From the NCBI RefSeq assembly GCF_009834535.1, contig NC_045697.1, positions 33,420,001 to 33,484,000 on the forward strand: a DNA stretch of 64,000 bases, read 5' to 3'. Positions within the stretch are counted from its first letter, which is position 1. Each line of letters begins with the position of its first letter. The notes beneath the pieces were generated by a model that was not told the DNA's origin, ran no database searches, and saw only the letters and a program-made list of their open reading frames with translations. Of the stretch, positions 38,341-51,715 are shown in pieces. The stretch comes from Camelus ferus. Lineage: Eukaryota. The translations under genes were made by a program, and so were the position numbers.

Positions 38341-41300
38341 TTCCAAAAAATTATGAAAGATGCAATACATTTGAGAAAAAAAGGAATATTTGATCTATTT
38401 TTATAATGTAAAATTTAAGATACAGGTGCAAGATTAAATCCTCAAACATTATAATTTTGCATTCCAAATACCTATGCTGCATTTCGTTTCCATGTGTAAA
38501 TATATTTTAGATCTAACAATGCAGGACGTAATGAGTAAATCTGGTGAACCATGTGTTGGGAGGGAGGGAGGAGGAGTTGGGAGACAAAGGTCCAGGTAGT
38601 TAGTCACCAGTGAAAATATATTTAAGTTAAGTGGTCCATTATAGAAAGTTGAAGTCAGAACTGAAACACCCACTCAGTTCCATTTCAGAAGTGTGCAAGG
38701 AAATAAATGTGAATCTGGAAAATCATACTGCACTATCTAGGAAAAAAAAAAACAACTATCGGAAAATTCAGTGGAGTTTAGTAAGATGGTAGAGGTTTAG
38801 TGAGAAAAATTATGTGTCAAAGAAAGCCATTTAGAAGGATCTGATTAAAAGAGATGCGAAGTCTAACTTTGGACTTCTCTTATCAAAAAGAGAACATAAA
38901 CTTATTTAATATTCATAAATAGAAAAAACATACTGGGGTATAATCAGAGGTGCAGTGCTTAAATGCTATTATTAAAATAAGTTTCTTGTCATTATAATAA
39001 ACACAGGAAAGAGATCTCTAAAAGAAAATATGAGGGCTCATTCTCCAGTATTGACCTCTTTTTACCTTGGGGCTTTCTTAAAGACAGAATTAAATTTTCA
39101 GTATCCTTAAAGTTTTTAATGCATCTTAAAAGTAGAATAATATTTTTCTGAAGTAATATCTTTTTTTCAAAACTTTTTATGATATCATGTAAACACAATA
39201 ACACTAATCACTCAAAGAGAGATCATTTTACTATTGTACAGAATTTGGTAGGAAACTTTCTATATAATGGAGATGCCTTCACAAGAATTTGGATTTTAAG
39301 ACAAATCTGAATTCTCTGAAGAGTGCCAAAGCCTCTATTTATTTGTGATCCAAAACTTAATTTTGTGGCATAAGTGGGGTATAGTTAAAATGCAAAAATT
39401 AGCCATAAAACTTTGGATTTTTAGCACATTGCCTAGCATATGTGCCTTGTTTTTCATGTTTAGGAAAAAGTGCCAGAATTTTGATAATATAATTATCTCA
39501 GATATTTCAGCACATGATTTTAATGAGCAAGCCCATGGACCTAGTGGAATTATCAACCCTTATCACAAGTAATGGAGCTATTAATATTCAGGGGTTTTTT
39601 TAATCCAAAATTTTGTCTGTTTAAGAGATTGGCAGTTGTTATCACAGTTTTAATGATAGAAAGAATCTCTGAAACTTTACTTTTAATTTACAGGTCAACA
39701 GCTTTGTAATTTACAAAGCCCTCTATTTGCAAATTGAAAATAATAGGAACTGTTTACATCCTTGATCGTAAAGAAAGAATAACATGTCTTAAGCCTTCTG
39801 GTCCTTCTGGTCTAGATTTATCAATTCCTTCATTTCAAAAAGGTTTTTTTTTTTTAAAAAAAAAACTACTATATTCCCAATACAGATGCCTACAAGTGTT
39901 ACTTCAATAGACCAAACTAAGGGAAATTCCAAGGCAAATTTAAAAGGGAGGATGCTCAGACTAACTTCCTTTCCTCTCTTCTGTCTTCCAGGTGAGAAGA
40001 ATCCTTCCTAATAGCCAATTTCTTCTTAAACATTTTCATTTCCTTATCTTAAGAGTAAGACCATTGGTAGCACTTTGCATGTTCTTTTGACCCAAAGGAT
40101 TTTGGTAACTTTCTATATGATGCAAATCAAGTGTATATAATTTTTTGTTCAAGTTGTGAATTTTTACCTTTCTTCAATTGGCTATGAAGGATTTACATGA
40201 GTACACACTCATATTTTGATACTTGTTCCCATGATATGGGAAATACCTGGTCCCCTGGGAGCACTTATAAGTTGCAGAATCTCCAGGAGTTGCCTGTAAT
40301 AAGAAGCCAAGATCCCGCAAAATAAAAACCAGAAAATAAGATGAAATTCCCAAAGACAAATGTCAAAAGCTCTTCCTATCTGTCTTTTATGACACTCATC
40401 CTAAGAGTCTGTTTCAGGGACTGGTGGAAGGATGAGATAGGAAGGTGACGTACAAGACACTTTTCTCTGCAGAGGAACACAGCCTGTGTAAGTGGAGAAA
40501 AAGGTCTCCTCTTATAAATTGGGCTTGAGGTGTGCAATTTTCTGTCCCTTGGATGCTTAGTTGCCATTCAGGTATCTATCTTTATCACATTAAACCTACT
40601 AGCATCACAAATCTTAATGTGGATGGACTCTGGGAAATAATAGTGCCTGTAACAGAATTATGTGCACAAGTAACTACAAAATAACTGATTCTTTGGGAAT
40701 TAGGAAGGCTTATAAGAGGAAGTACCATGTTGTTTAGTGATCAGAAATTTACCGAGAAGAAATAGCAAGGAGGTCCAAAGACCTCATCTGCTAAGTGCAT
40801 TAAACATATAATAAAGTCAAATTAAAAGATAGTAAGTTTCTAGATGAGCAAATTATCTACATTTTCTCCCATGAATGCAAACTGAAACTTCACTTTCAAT
40901 ACAATTTTTACCAACATACCAATGGAAATTGAGTGGGGAAAGTTTGGATGTTTTCATGCAGTGCATTGCAATTGTTAAGGGAAAAAAATCAAGCAAGCAG
41001 TGGGGTAATTTGGTAGTCAGGTATCTCACGTCAGGGTCTCAAAAAGGAGGACTTAGTTTTTCCAGTTTTCTTAATAAAGTCCAGTGGAAAGGTGAATTGG
41101 GGGGGAGGGGGGCTTATTCGCTTAAGAACTGTGTTCACCACTCTCACATTCTCTGGTAATTAAGACCCTCTTGCCTTCCATGCCATCCTGTAGCCTTGAA
41201 CTTCATTTGCCTGACTTGTCTGACTTCATTTATACTGTGTTCACAGTTGTGTCTAAGCCCTGGCCCCAGTCACCTATCTGCCCTGATACACACCACTGCT

Positions 41301-44300
41301 TTTTACTTACCTGTGGAGAGTTTTTCCACTTCATCGCTTTGCCTTTGCATTACGTCTGCTGTGACACTTACCTTTAGGACCCAGTGTTTTCTATGGATCA
41401 CTGTTTAACTAGGACAATAATCTAGAGAAAGGCATCCCATACGATTCAGCAATTATCCTCCACAGAGTATAACTAACGGCTGCCTGTAGATAAGATCCTC
41501 CTCCTGTAAAGGCAACTATTTTTCAGGCTTATTACAGATTATTAAAATGATTAAAATGCGATACTATACTGACCTCTTAGGGAATGACAGTTCAAACCAT
41601 CCACAGGAATGCAAAGCATATCGGACTATAAATTTCTATAAGAATCTCTCACTTACTTGTCTCTTGTGTTTCCCCTGCTGTGATTCTCACTCCCTTCATG
41701 ATAGGAGAATGTGTAATCATAAATCTGTGTTGGCTTCAGTGTCAGAGCACGATTACACTGAGGAAGAAGCAAGTCCCTGCTCTATTGGAGCCGACAAAGA
41801 CGATCGCATCAATCTGACCCTTTTATAACCTCATCCTCCAGGCCTCGCTTCTCTCATCTCTCATGGAAAGTGTGTGCACATCCACCTATCATGTTTTTGC
41901 CTAGGAAAGTGGTATGTGTTTGCAGAACATCTTGTTTTTCTCTTATTCATATTTTGACTTGGCATTTATAGCAGTTGGGTGAAAAAAAAAAAAAGAAGCC
42001 ACAGTCTGATTTGTCTGCAACAGACAGTCTAATTAAATTGGAGGGGAGGGACAGATGCACAAAGCTGCTGAACTACTCATAATACAAAACATGGCAGCTT
42101 CAGTTTGGAAAAATGTAGCAAGATGGTGCCAACAATTTCTGCTCACTGAACTAGCTGAAGTATGTAATTATGTTAAGTTCTCTTATTTCCATTCCAATTT
42201 CACGTATATCACTTGATGCATTTGAAAAGAGCTTACAAGGCCATTATTTGGGCTGTGATAAAAGAACGATATACATCCGATTCACACATGCTGTAATTTT
42301 TTTCCGAGTCAGATTTTTCAATACTAAAAGTGTAATTTTTACCAAATAAATATTTATGCATATGGCTTTTCTCATCTTTAATTTTTTTCCCTATACGATT
42401 CAAATCAGCATCCGTTTTTTGATACTTACGAACTGCATGCAATCCAGAGCGCCGACTGCTGTCTGTAATACTGAAAACCTGAAGCCAACATTTATGAACA
42501 TGAACTCTCATGAACAGAAACACAAACTGTCTGCATCACTAATGGCAAATCCTCTCTGTCAAGCTGTTTTACAATCTGTACTTCCAGGACAATGTCATTC
42601 TTTCAAATTGCTGTGGGCATTCCTGTTGCTACTGTGGGATGCTGATCTCACACTGATCTGCTTGTCTCTTTTATCCCATCCCACCTCAAAAGATACAAAG
42701 GCTGCAGGCATCACCACCTTTCAGTGTGAAAATATGTTTACATATCTGCAGATAATACATGTTGCATTCAAAATCTATTTTTTTCAGAATAATTTACAAC
42801 ATCCATGCACCTATTTGAATGCTGAAAGTTTCAAGATACAAGTGTTACAAAATCATCATTTTAAAAATTCACTGAAGAGCTGGCAACACAAAGAAACTTG
42901 ACTGAAATAAAGTCCAAAAAGCACCAAGCCCTTTACTAGAGAGAGATGTTATTTACGTCTGTTCCATCCTTAACAAAATCAAGCAAAGAGCAGCAACAAC
43001 AACAAAAGGTAAGAAAATGTGTTTCATGATCAAGAGAGGAAATAGCCAATGAAAGCAGACATAGAGATGGACCAGATGGACTCTAAATTCACCATGATAA
43101 AAATCTAAATTCTAATGAAAAAGTATACAACATGCATGAAGAAAGGGAAAAGTTCAAGAGAGATCCAGAAGCTATAAAAAAGGAAATGCTATATATGATA
43201 AAATCAAAATAACTTATATGAATAATACTTATAATACTTTTAATACAGTTTTAACATATAATAAAAAATATATCCTCAGTTAAGAAAATGGAAATAAGGC
43301 AAACTGGCATGATTTATCTTAAGCTGTTATTCAAATATAGTAAATTTAAAAAATAGAATTATGTGACTCTTGGTTCAAGATGACGAATGTTAACACAAGA
43401 AGTGTCTCCCCTACTTCTTGAAATCTCATTTTTAAAAAGCTATTTTTAAAAGAGAAAGTAAACCCAGAGAACAAAGACAGAAACATATTGGAAGCTGAAA
43501 GCAATTTGGAAAAGCAATAAGTGATTTAGTAGATTCAAGAGAGCCGAATCCTAATCCAATGATGAAATGTGAGAATTTCTAGGATGACCCAATGCATTCC
43601 AAAGAACCAGTGACTCAGGAACTGGCAGTATTGGGTACATATGGAGGTTGGAATAAAGGTGGTAGAATAAAATCAGGAAGAGCAGTTCAAAGTCCATTTA
43701 AACCCCCAGATTACCTCCCTTCCTCTGCATAGCTAAGTAAGCAACTGCTAACTTCCTTACTCACTGGGCAGGTGAATTTTGACATATTAACATGAGAAGG
43801 TAAATTGGAATATCTATGATCTGAGCTGAAGATCAGAGTACTAAACTAAAACAAGAAAACTGGAGAAATTTAGATTCTGAATATATTATCTCACCAGGAG
43901 GCCAGAAATGAAAGCCGTAATTGTGTCCTATAAGCCACCTGAAAGTTTTCCCAGGAGTCTGACCAGCTCACAGAAAAGTACTGAAACTAATAACATCAAG
44001 GGTTTCCCCACTAAGCAGCATCGCTATATTGCCCCAAAGGGAAGCCCACAGTCTTTTCCATGTACATGGAAAACCCACTCAAATTTTTAGTGCTCCTCTT
44101 TTAAATATGAGTCTAGAGTCACAAGTGAACAGACATTTGAAGCACATCTCTACCAAGAAAGACAAAAGCCAAGAGAAACAGAAACAAGTGGCAGAGAAAA
44201 GAGATGACAAAGAGAGGTGAAAATCACACACACACACACAAGTATACACACTCACACAAACTTAAATAAATACCTTCAGAGAAGTAAGAGAAATAAGAAT

Positions 44301-44654
44301 ATATTGGGGAAAAAAGGGACATTCAGCAAACGAAGAAATGAGTCCTTGAAAATAAATCTATTATATTAGATATGAAGACATCAGTAGAATAAATGGAAGA
44401 TAAAGTTGAGAGAATTTCCCAGCGAGTAGAACAATGAGATAAAATATAGGAAAGGAAAAAAAAAGCTAGAGGATCAACATAGGGTTTTTAACATCCACAC
44501 AACAGTGATTCAAAAAGAGATGACAGAGAAGTGGAAAGAGAGGAAGAAGAAAAGGCAAAACAATTCAAGAAAATGTTCTAGATCACGGAGTCATAAGACT
44601 CCACATTGAATCCAGTGCCAGTGCCATAGAGGAAAATAGTCCCACTCAATGTGA

Positions 44655-44790
44655 TTGTTTTATATAGTAACACAGGTTGTCAACTGCACAACTTTAGGGG
44701 CAGCATTGTCATCAGGCAATGTGAATGAATTTTCTTTGACATGTGCCTTTTGCAAGTGTGCCCTGGATTTTTGTAGTGCAGTGGCCCTTC
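44655..44790. mobile_element. MER91-like palindromic hAT-Tip100 MITE nested in HAL1
   Basis: caggttgtcaactgcacaactttaggggcagcatt...gtgaatg...gccctggatttttgtagtgca. Confidence 0.6.
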
Positions 44791-45631
44791 TCAACAATCC
44801 ATGCCACTGGGAAACTTTCAAAAGCAGGATAAAGAGAAGATCCCATGACATTTCTGAAAAGGGGAGGAGGTCTCATGTGAAGATATTTAATTTTTCAACA
44901 ACAATACTGAAAAGCTAGAAAACAATGAAGGAACATCTTAAAAACTCTGAGGGAAACATGCTTTTCTACTTAGAATCCTATAAGAAGCCAAGCAAATTAA
45001 GTGTGAGTGTAAAACAGAAACAAACACACAAAGATATTTTCATATGTCAAGTCTGTTAGCAGGTGTGCCTCGACCCGGGTGCTTGGGGAGCTCCTGAGTA
45101 TCTGATCCAGCAAAATTGGGAAGGAAAACAGAAATATGGAAATCATGGGATCCAGGAACGGGGCCATCCAAGGTAAGAGAGAGATTAACAGAATTTGTAA
45201 TGTGACAGTGTCAGGAGACATCAGACCTAGGGATAAACCAATCTAGATGGGAACAAGAAACTTCCGGAAAGGATTTCTTCAAAAATGTGAAACCAATAGG
45301 ATAACGTGTTTAGAGAACTAAGCAAACATTTAAAAGGGTAATTATTAACTCTAAGGGAGACAAAAATGCACGGGAATGAAAAGTAATCATGGCATACCAC
45401 ATGGCTCAGTTGAGAAGGCAGTCACATAATCATAATAGTTACAATAACAGGAATATTAAATATTGATCTTACCAAAATTATGATAGAAGGATAATGGCAA
45501 GATGGGGAGCTAGAGAGGGGAGATATGATGGGGTTATGCATGAAAAAGAGTAAATCTTTCTCTCCCATACTATGAAATTGATTGATAAAGTCAAAAAGGA
45601 AAAATGTTAAAGTAGTAAGAATATATACATG

Positions 45632-45745
45632 GTATCACTGAATCACTTTGCTGTACATCAGAAACTAACACAACACTGTAAATCAACTGTACCTTCAATT
45701 AAAGAATAAAAGAAAAAATCCCACTAAACAGTAAAAAAAATAAAA
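45632..45745 (+). mobile_element. Short L1 3' end nested in the HAL1 tail
   Basis: actgaatcactttgctgtacatcagaaactaacacaacactgtaaatcaactgtaccttcaattaaa plus an A-rich tail. Confidence 0.8.
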
Positions 45746-46239
45746 AAGGTGATAGATCGAGATGTAGAGGGAATACTAAAAGAATAGTAAGAGTTGCACA
45801 TGGTTGCATCTGTGAAGTGGGACTGTGATACTGCTGCTTCTAAGAGGTCTGTGGAACTGTTTTTCTCTTTAAATTGTATGCACAATATATGAAAACCTAC
45901 ACTAGAGATAGTATGTGAGGTCTTCTAATTGGTCATCTGTTGCACACCTTGTATCAGTATTTATGGTAGCTATATATATGTGCAAAGACTGCTTCCTCAG
46001 TTCTTGATAAGCACTTTTGTTTCCTCCTGAAAACTGTCAACTAGCTGGTCAGTCAACTTGCTTAGTCCTTACTAGTCCCAGTGCCTGGGGTTAGATACTG
46101 TACCTTCAATACACACAAATCTCTGGGCCCTATTTGCCATTGGTCTATCAGGAACCACAGTAATGATACTTTAACTGATTTCAAGTATCGCCCCTGCCTA
46201 GAATTACATAGTTTTCTGAACCCTGTAATTTGGACGATG

Positions 46240-46510
46240 GTGGTATAATTTCGTAGATCAGATCTATGGAGTGGATTAGAATCTGCAACGGAGCTGCCTG
46301 GATTTGAGCTTTGGCTCCAGAACTAATATTTTCTATGACATTAGGTCATTGCTTAACCAAGCTGAACCAAGTTTATTGATTTATAAAGTGAGATTAATAG
46401 TACTACCTACCTCAAATGATTAAAAGTTAAATGAAATAACACGGAATATAGTTTATTGCAGTACTTGGCATTTAGTTAGTTCAAAAGAAGTATTACCTAT
46501 TATTTATTAT
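46240..46510 (+). mobile_element. MIR SINE
   Basis: ctgcctggatttgagctttggctcc...gcttaacc...taatagtactacctacctca...ttaaatga...cttggcatttagt. Confidence 0.75.
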
Positions 46511-46815
46511 CTTCTTAGCTCCAAGCTTAAAAATCTATCATTCCCCCTAAACTCCTTTGCTTTTTCAGTACCCGAGGCAACTTAGTTTCCAGTACTGCCA
46601 ATTCCCCAGCAGCTTGGAGCTTTGAGGCTTTTATGCAAATGAAACTAGCAGGGCTGTCTGTGGCTTTTTAGACATCTTTGAAACAAGTATGCAAATTGCA
46701 TTTAAACAGCCAGCTTGGATTACATATGAGCAAATGATTTCAACACTCACAAACATCTTCTGTAAAAAATAACAAAAAGACAAGACCATGAGCAAATATA
46801 ATGAAAACAAAACAA

Positions 46816-46870
46816 AATTCCAAAGGTATAACTTTGACTTTCAATTTTTTAATTCCAAAGGTATAACTTT
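46816..46870. repeat. 20-bp perfect direct repeat, period 35
   Basis: aattccaaaggtataacttt at 46816-46835 and 46851-46870. Confidence 0.9.
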
Positions 46871-49589
46871 TTGCTTTTATAGAAAAGCAATGTCAAAATA
46901 AATATATTTTAAAGATGTATTTTGGTCCTGTGTAACATTCAGAGAAAAACAAACAAACAAACAAAAACTGAAAAGAAAGTAAATATAGAAAGAAAGTGAG
47001 AATAAAAATTCTGCACTAATCTGGAAAATGGGAATGAAAATAAACATAAGATTTTAAGAATAAACATAAAGTTTTCTATCTATTAGGACAGCATAAGTCC
47101 ACATAGATAATTAAAACACTCACTAATAATCTAAGATGTGGCTGCAATTGGATTGGACCTGGATCTTCAGAATCTTAAAGTTCCTAAAAAATTAAAAAAT
47201 ATCTGTGTTTTGCTTCTAATTTCATTTGATCATTGCTTTATTTAAAACAGACACTTGAGGGCAAGCAGTGAGGAACTGCATAAAGGAAAGGATGCTATGG
47301 ATCTTACAAACACAATTTTAACTTTTGTCAAGGTGTCTCAAAGGGTATTTTGGCTTCAAGATGCAATTGCAATTCTGGATGATGTACCAGTAAAAGATGC
47401 ATTATGTCATTTCAAAGTTGAATTGCAACTCATTTGTTTAGTCATTTAAGCCCTATGCTTATGTAATAATAAAAGCATTTATTTGATAAAATAATGAATA
47501 ATACTTTCTCTTCTCCCCTACTCATTGATTGGAATCCAAAAATCAGCCTGAGATGAAAAGGGTACTTAGACTGCCATCTAGTATACATTTTTCTGTATAG
47601 CATAATTTCCAAAGCTGTTTGAGTAACATCCCTAGCATTGGAATAAATGCATGCTTAAGCACAATTGCTTTTATATGTATTGAAAATTGTATATGAACCA
47701 TCCTTTCACTCTTTGACCTAAATTCTTCTCCTAAATATTAATCTGTGAGTGTTTCAATCTGTATGTCAATTTATTAGTACTTTATTCACTTGGCCCAGAT
47801 ATAGAATTTTAATCTTTTAGGGATTTCCTTCAAAGGCCTCATTTGAAATATTCTTAATAACCTGTTATTTTCCTTCTCTAGAAAATATACAAGGATTTGA
47901 GCCAGGAGTCTCTCAGAATTCCACATGCTGTATAAAAATATTTACCTTGTTCAAGGAGAAAGCATTATTTCACTGGCACAAGAATAGTCATGCTGGTGAT
48001 TAAAATTAAATGGAAATATTTCTAATAATAGTTCTCCTAGACTATGTTCTGATATCTAATTGCAAGCCTCCCGCCACTAACCATATAGGTCCACGTCCAC
48101 CCTAACTGTAACAGAAGGGGGATACACAAACTACCAGGGGCTGGAAAACACACAGGGTGCCCAAAACTGGGTCTGAAATGAGCAAAACAAAGCAGTATCT
48201 CAAAACTTACATTGACAACCTTTAAGATTAGCATTAAAGCTTGATTGGCAAATGTTATAACTTGACATCAACTATGAGTAGGCTAGAATCCCAAGGACAT
48301 TTAAGAATAGATCAGAAACCCAAGCCTTTTCCACATCCCTGGAACTCCTGCAGAAAATATTCATCTTTGCTCCAGTATAAAAAATTTGACTGAACTGTCG
48401 ACAGGTAAATCTCAGGATATTGAATTCAATTTACTTGCACACATTTTTATTGCATTCCCACTGTGGGCCTAGAAGTAGACTTTGGAGTTACAAAATCAAA
48501 TAAATCATAGTATAGCTCATGAGCAGTTTACCATATGTTGATGATAAAAATGTTAGGATTTAGGAAACTTTCAAAAGGCTAAGTTGTGGTGTAGTGAAAA
48601 ACCTGTCCTTGAAGATTTTTTATTGGAGGTTGAATAATCACACATCAGTTACACAGTAGAAAAGATTCCTCTATTGGGAGGAAAGTTAGATATCTTAGCT
48701 TTCATTTTAATGTATAATTCTCTATTTTGTTATAAATTGGACATTCTGATACTAAATAAATAGTCCAAGAAAATAGAACACTGTATTTCATTTGGAGATG
48801 CAATAGTCCACTCCATGGCAAAGCTTAATTATAAAGCACCTTAAAATATTAATGAATCAGGAAATTAACTTAAATTATTTTCAGTAATCTCTGCATTATA
48901 GAAAAGCATTGTAAAAATAATGCCAAAATTATAACTTAAATAATTGTGAGATAACTTAAGAATACTTAACCATTAATCCACTTCATCCCTTAATGTGTTA
49001 GGTTTCTTTTTTATAATTTTTAGCTGATCTAAAATTTAATTTGGGAAGACAAGTTCAAGATAATCATCCTGTTCTATGCTGCCAAAATGATTCTAAGCAA
49101 AGCCCATTCCATTTCTGCAGGACCATCATTAGCAACTTTCATTCAGTTATAGCTCACCTCATGACTTATTTTAATCTAAAGAGTTTATGAGGATTTGAAT
49201 CTTAAAAGAAACAAAACCAATTATTTATGCATGTTTCAAAATGTAGAAAATCAGCTAAAGCTAAATTCCCTCCCAAAACCCACAATGGTTTAAGTGTGTT
49301 TCTTAGCACAAAGAAAAATGGGAGTAAAACATTCAATTTAATAAATATAAATTGAATTGTCCTATTATTCAATTCCTCTATAGTGTACATTTTTATGAAA
49401 TTTAGCTTCCTTGTCTGCAAATTAGGTGCTCTTTTACATTGATGTAGACAATTTCTCGTCTTGAGAAAGAAAATATTCTTTGTCTTCTTCTGCTTCGTCT
49501 CCTCTATGAAGTCCTCTTTCCAGGTGAAAATCTCTTAATGGCAGAACACTCAGGTCAGGCCTCTTTGGACTGTGTTTCCAGTTGTCTGC

Positions 49590-49971
49590 TGTATTAGTTT
49601 GCTCTGGGTTCCATAACAAAGTACCAAACACTAAGTGGCTTAAAAAATAAAAATTTATTTCCTCAAAATCCTGGAGGCTAGACATCCAAGATCAAGGGAT
49701 CAACATGGTTGGTTTTTTCACAGTGCCTCTCTCCTTGGCTTGTAGATTGCTGTCTTACTGTGATATTTTCACATGGTCTTCCCTCTGTATCTGTGTCCTA
49801 ATTTCTCCTTGTTAGGACACCGGCCGTATTGGAATAAAGTCCACTTAGATGATCTCATTTTACCAAGTTACCTCTTTAAAGGCCCTGTCTCCAAATACAG
49901 CCACATTCTGAAGTACTAGGGGTAAGGACTTCACTATATGAATTTGGGGGGACCTAATGAAGCTTATAACA
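49590..49971 (-). mobile_element. MLT1A0/B-like MaLR solo LTR
   Basis: tgtattagtttgct...ccataacaaagtacca...tccaagatcaagg...tctccaaatacagccacattctga...taaca. 5-bp TSD tctgc/tttgc. Confidence 0.88.
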
Positions 49972-50029
49972 TTTGCTTAGATGTAGTCATGACACTAACA
50001 TTTCCCTTTTTACTCGTATTGTTTATTTC

Positions 50030-50190
50030 TGAATTTCTTATATTGTTATTCAACTTTCTTTACGTTATCTCTTACCCAATATATGGTAAACCTCTTGAGA
50101 ACAAATGTTTAGCTCCTTCTCTATAATCAACAGTGTGCCACGCTGCGCTTTATGGAAAGTAAATGCTCAGTAAATAGCAGTTGATTGGAT
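50030..50190 (+). mobile_element. L2 3' end fragment
   Basis: ggtaaacctcttgagaaca...agtaaatgctcagtaaatagcagttgattggat. Confidence 0.6.
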
Positions 50191-51384
50191 TTTCTGTGAC
50201 TGCTAATGCTTTAAGATCTTCAGTCCTCTTCCTCACTGTCCAGTAATCCAGAATCTTAAGGTAAATGTTCAACTTCAAGGGAGAAAGTCATTTATAAAAG
50301 AAATGTGCATAGGTGGTTAGCTTTATAAAAAGAAAGGAGTTTTCTGAAAACTAAATAGTAATTCTTTATCTGTTTTTCTGATCTGTACATTCTCATTTCA
50401 TGCTTTCTTAAGGATATTGAGAATCATATCTAAAGTGATTGCTCCCTTCAACAAAAGCACTTCTCTGCAAGTAAAATCTGTGGACTACTATGAAATGTGA
50501 ACCAATTTGTTGACTATGGCTGTAAAACAATTTATCTTGCTTACTCATTTACACGTCCTATAATTAACTTGAGCCTTGTGAACTATACATTTCATTGCAA
50601 ATACACATGTAGAAACATTCATTATTCCATCTTTCTGAAGAAGATAATAGAATCACTCCTTGTCCACCATGCATAATAGACCAAGAAAGTGAACAATTAA
50701 TTTCAGCAAATGATTTCATTGTAGAGCCTGCTCACCTGCTCTACTTAGATTCCAAAGTTCCCTGTTCTGTGTATTCTTCTAATTTTGACAACACGTGGGT
50801 GCATTAAAAATAATAATAATATTTTTAAATAATAATAAATTTTAAATTTTATCTGTGTTTAAATTATTTTTAGCAAAGGATTTATTCAAGCACCTGGTAG
50901 TCCAATAGAAATTTCTTATTTTAAGCATGTTTAAATCTTATGCTATTGAGCATATCATGGTTAACGACTCAAATAATTTGATGGCACAAGGGGTAAAGTT
51001 AAAATTTAACATTATTATTAAGATTCTTGAAACTTACTATGGCCTTACTGTTCTTCATTTTTTAAATCTGAAACATAGTTATGCACAATCGGTCAAAATG
51101 AGAAAGTGGTTTGCACTAATTCTTGGAGATTGACAAATATGACATGACTAATTTAGTTCCAGTAATTTCCAAACTAGAATTATTCAGACTACAGAACATC
51201 CATGTTCAATAAATAATTGAATATATGTGGTTTCATTTTTATAGAGTTATATATGCAATAAATAGTTGAGGTTATTATAGCCATGACTGCTTGGTTCATC
51301 CCATTACCTACATGTCATCATAAGACATAGAATCTAATCTAAAGATACTAGAATGCTGAGCAAGTATATGTGAGTGTGGGTGTG

Positions 51385-51715
51385 AAATAGCTGTCTCAGA
51401 CTGGTGGTTGGATTTGCCTTAAATGTGTTTCTTTTATTTTGAACTAAGATAAAAAAAGAGAAATATTAGAGGCCAATATTTATTATTTGAGATTTTACAC
51501 AAAATTTTATATCTGTGGTTTCTTTTGAAAAATTGATTATCTTTGCAACCAAAGGCCCACTTTCCCACATGGTGACTGTCATACGTCACTGCCTTGTTTA
51601 GGCAGGACAAGCAAGCACCCATGTCACCACCACCTCCACCACTCCCTGTTACATTACCCCTAACGCATTCTCTCACCTTCATGGCCATGGGGGCATTTAT
51701 ATTTGCCACACTTCA
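51385..51715 (+). mobile_element. MER102-like hAT-Charlie element
   Basis: gagattttacacaaaa...ggtttcttttgaaaaattgattatctttgcaacc...ggcccactttcccacatgg. Confidence 0.55.

Larger units (their letters stand above)
43365..45890 (+). mobile_element. HAL1 (half-L1) element, near full length, with nested insertions
   Basis: 5' end gactcttggttcaagatgacg. ORF1-like peptides LEDQHRVFNIH (44466) and FSTTIL/KARKQ*RNILKTLRE (~44890-44955). HAL1-like 3' text catgggatccaggaa...aaccaatctagat...gatttcttcaa. No ORF2 seen. Confidence 0.7.

Noticed and set aside
42115..42132. CTCF-like motif gtagcaagatggtgcca
   Set aside because: Spacing and the 5' CC positions deviate from the core consensus.
42356..42901. 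Longest ORF in the window (181 aa)
   Set aside because: No recognisable domain, composition typical of AT-rich non-coding DNA, and no promoter or exon context. Likely chance.
47255..47449. 64-aa ORF with natural-looking sequence
   Set aside because: No recognisable homology or splice framework.
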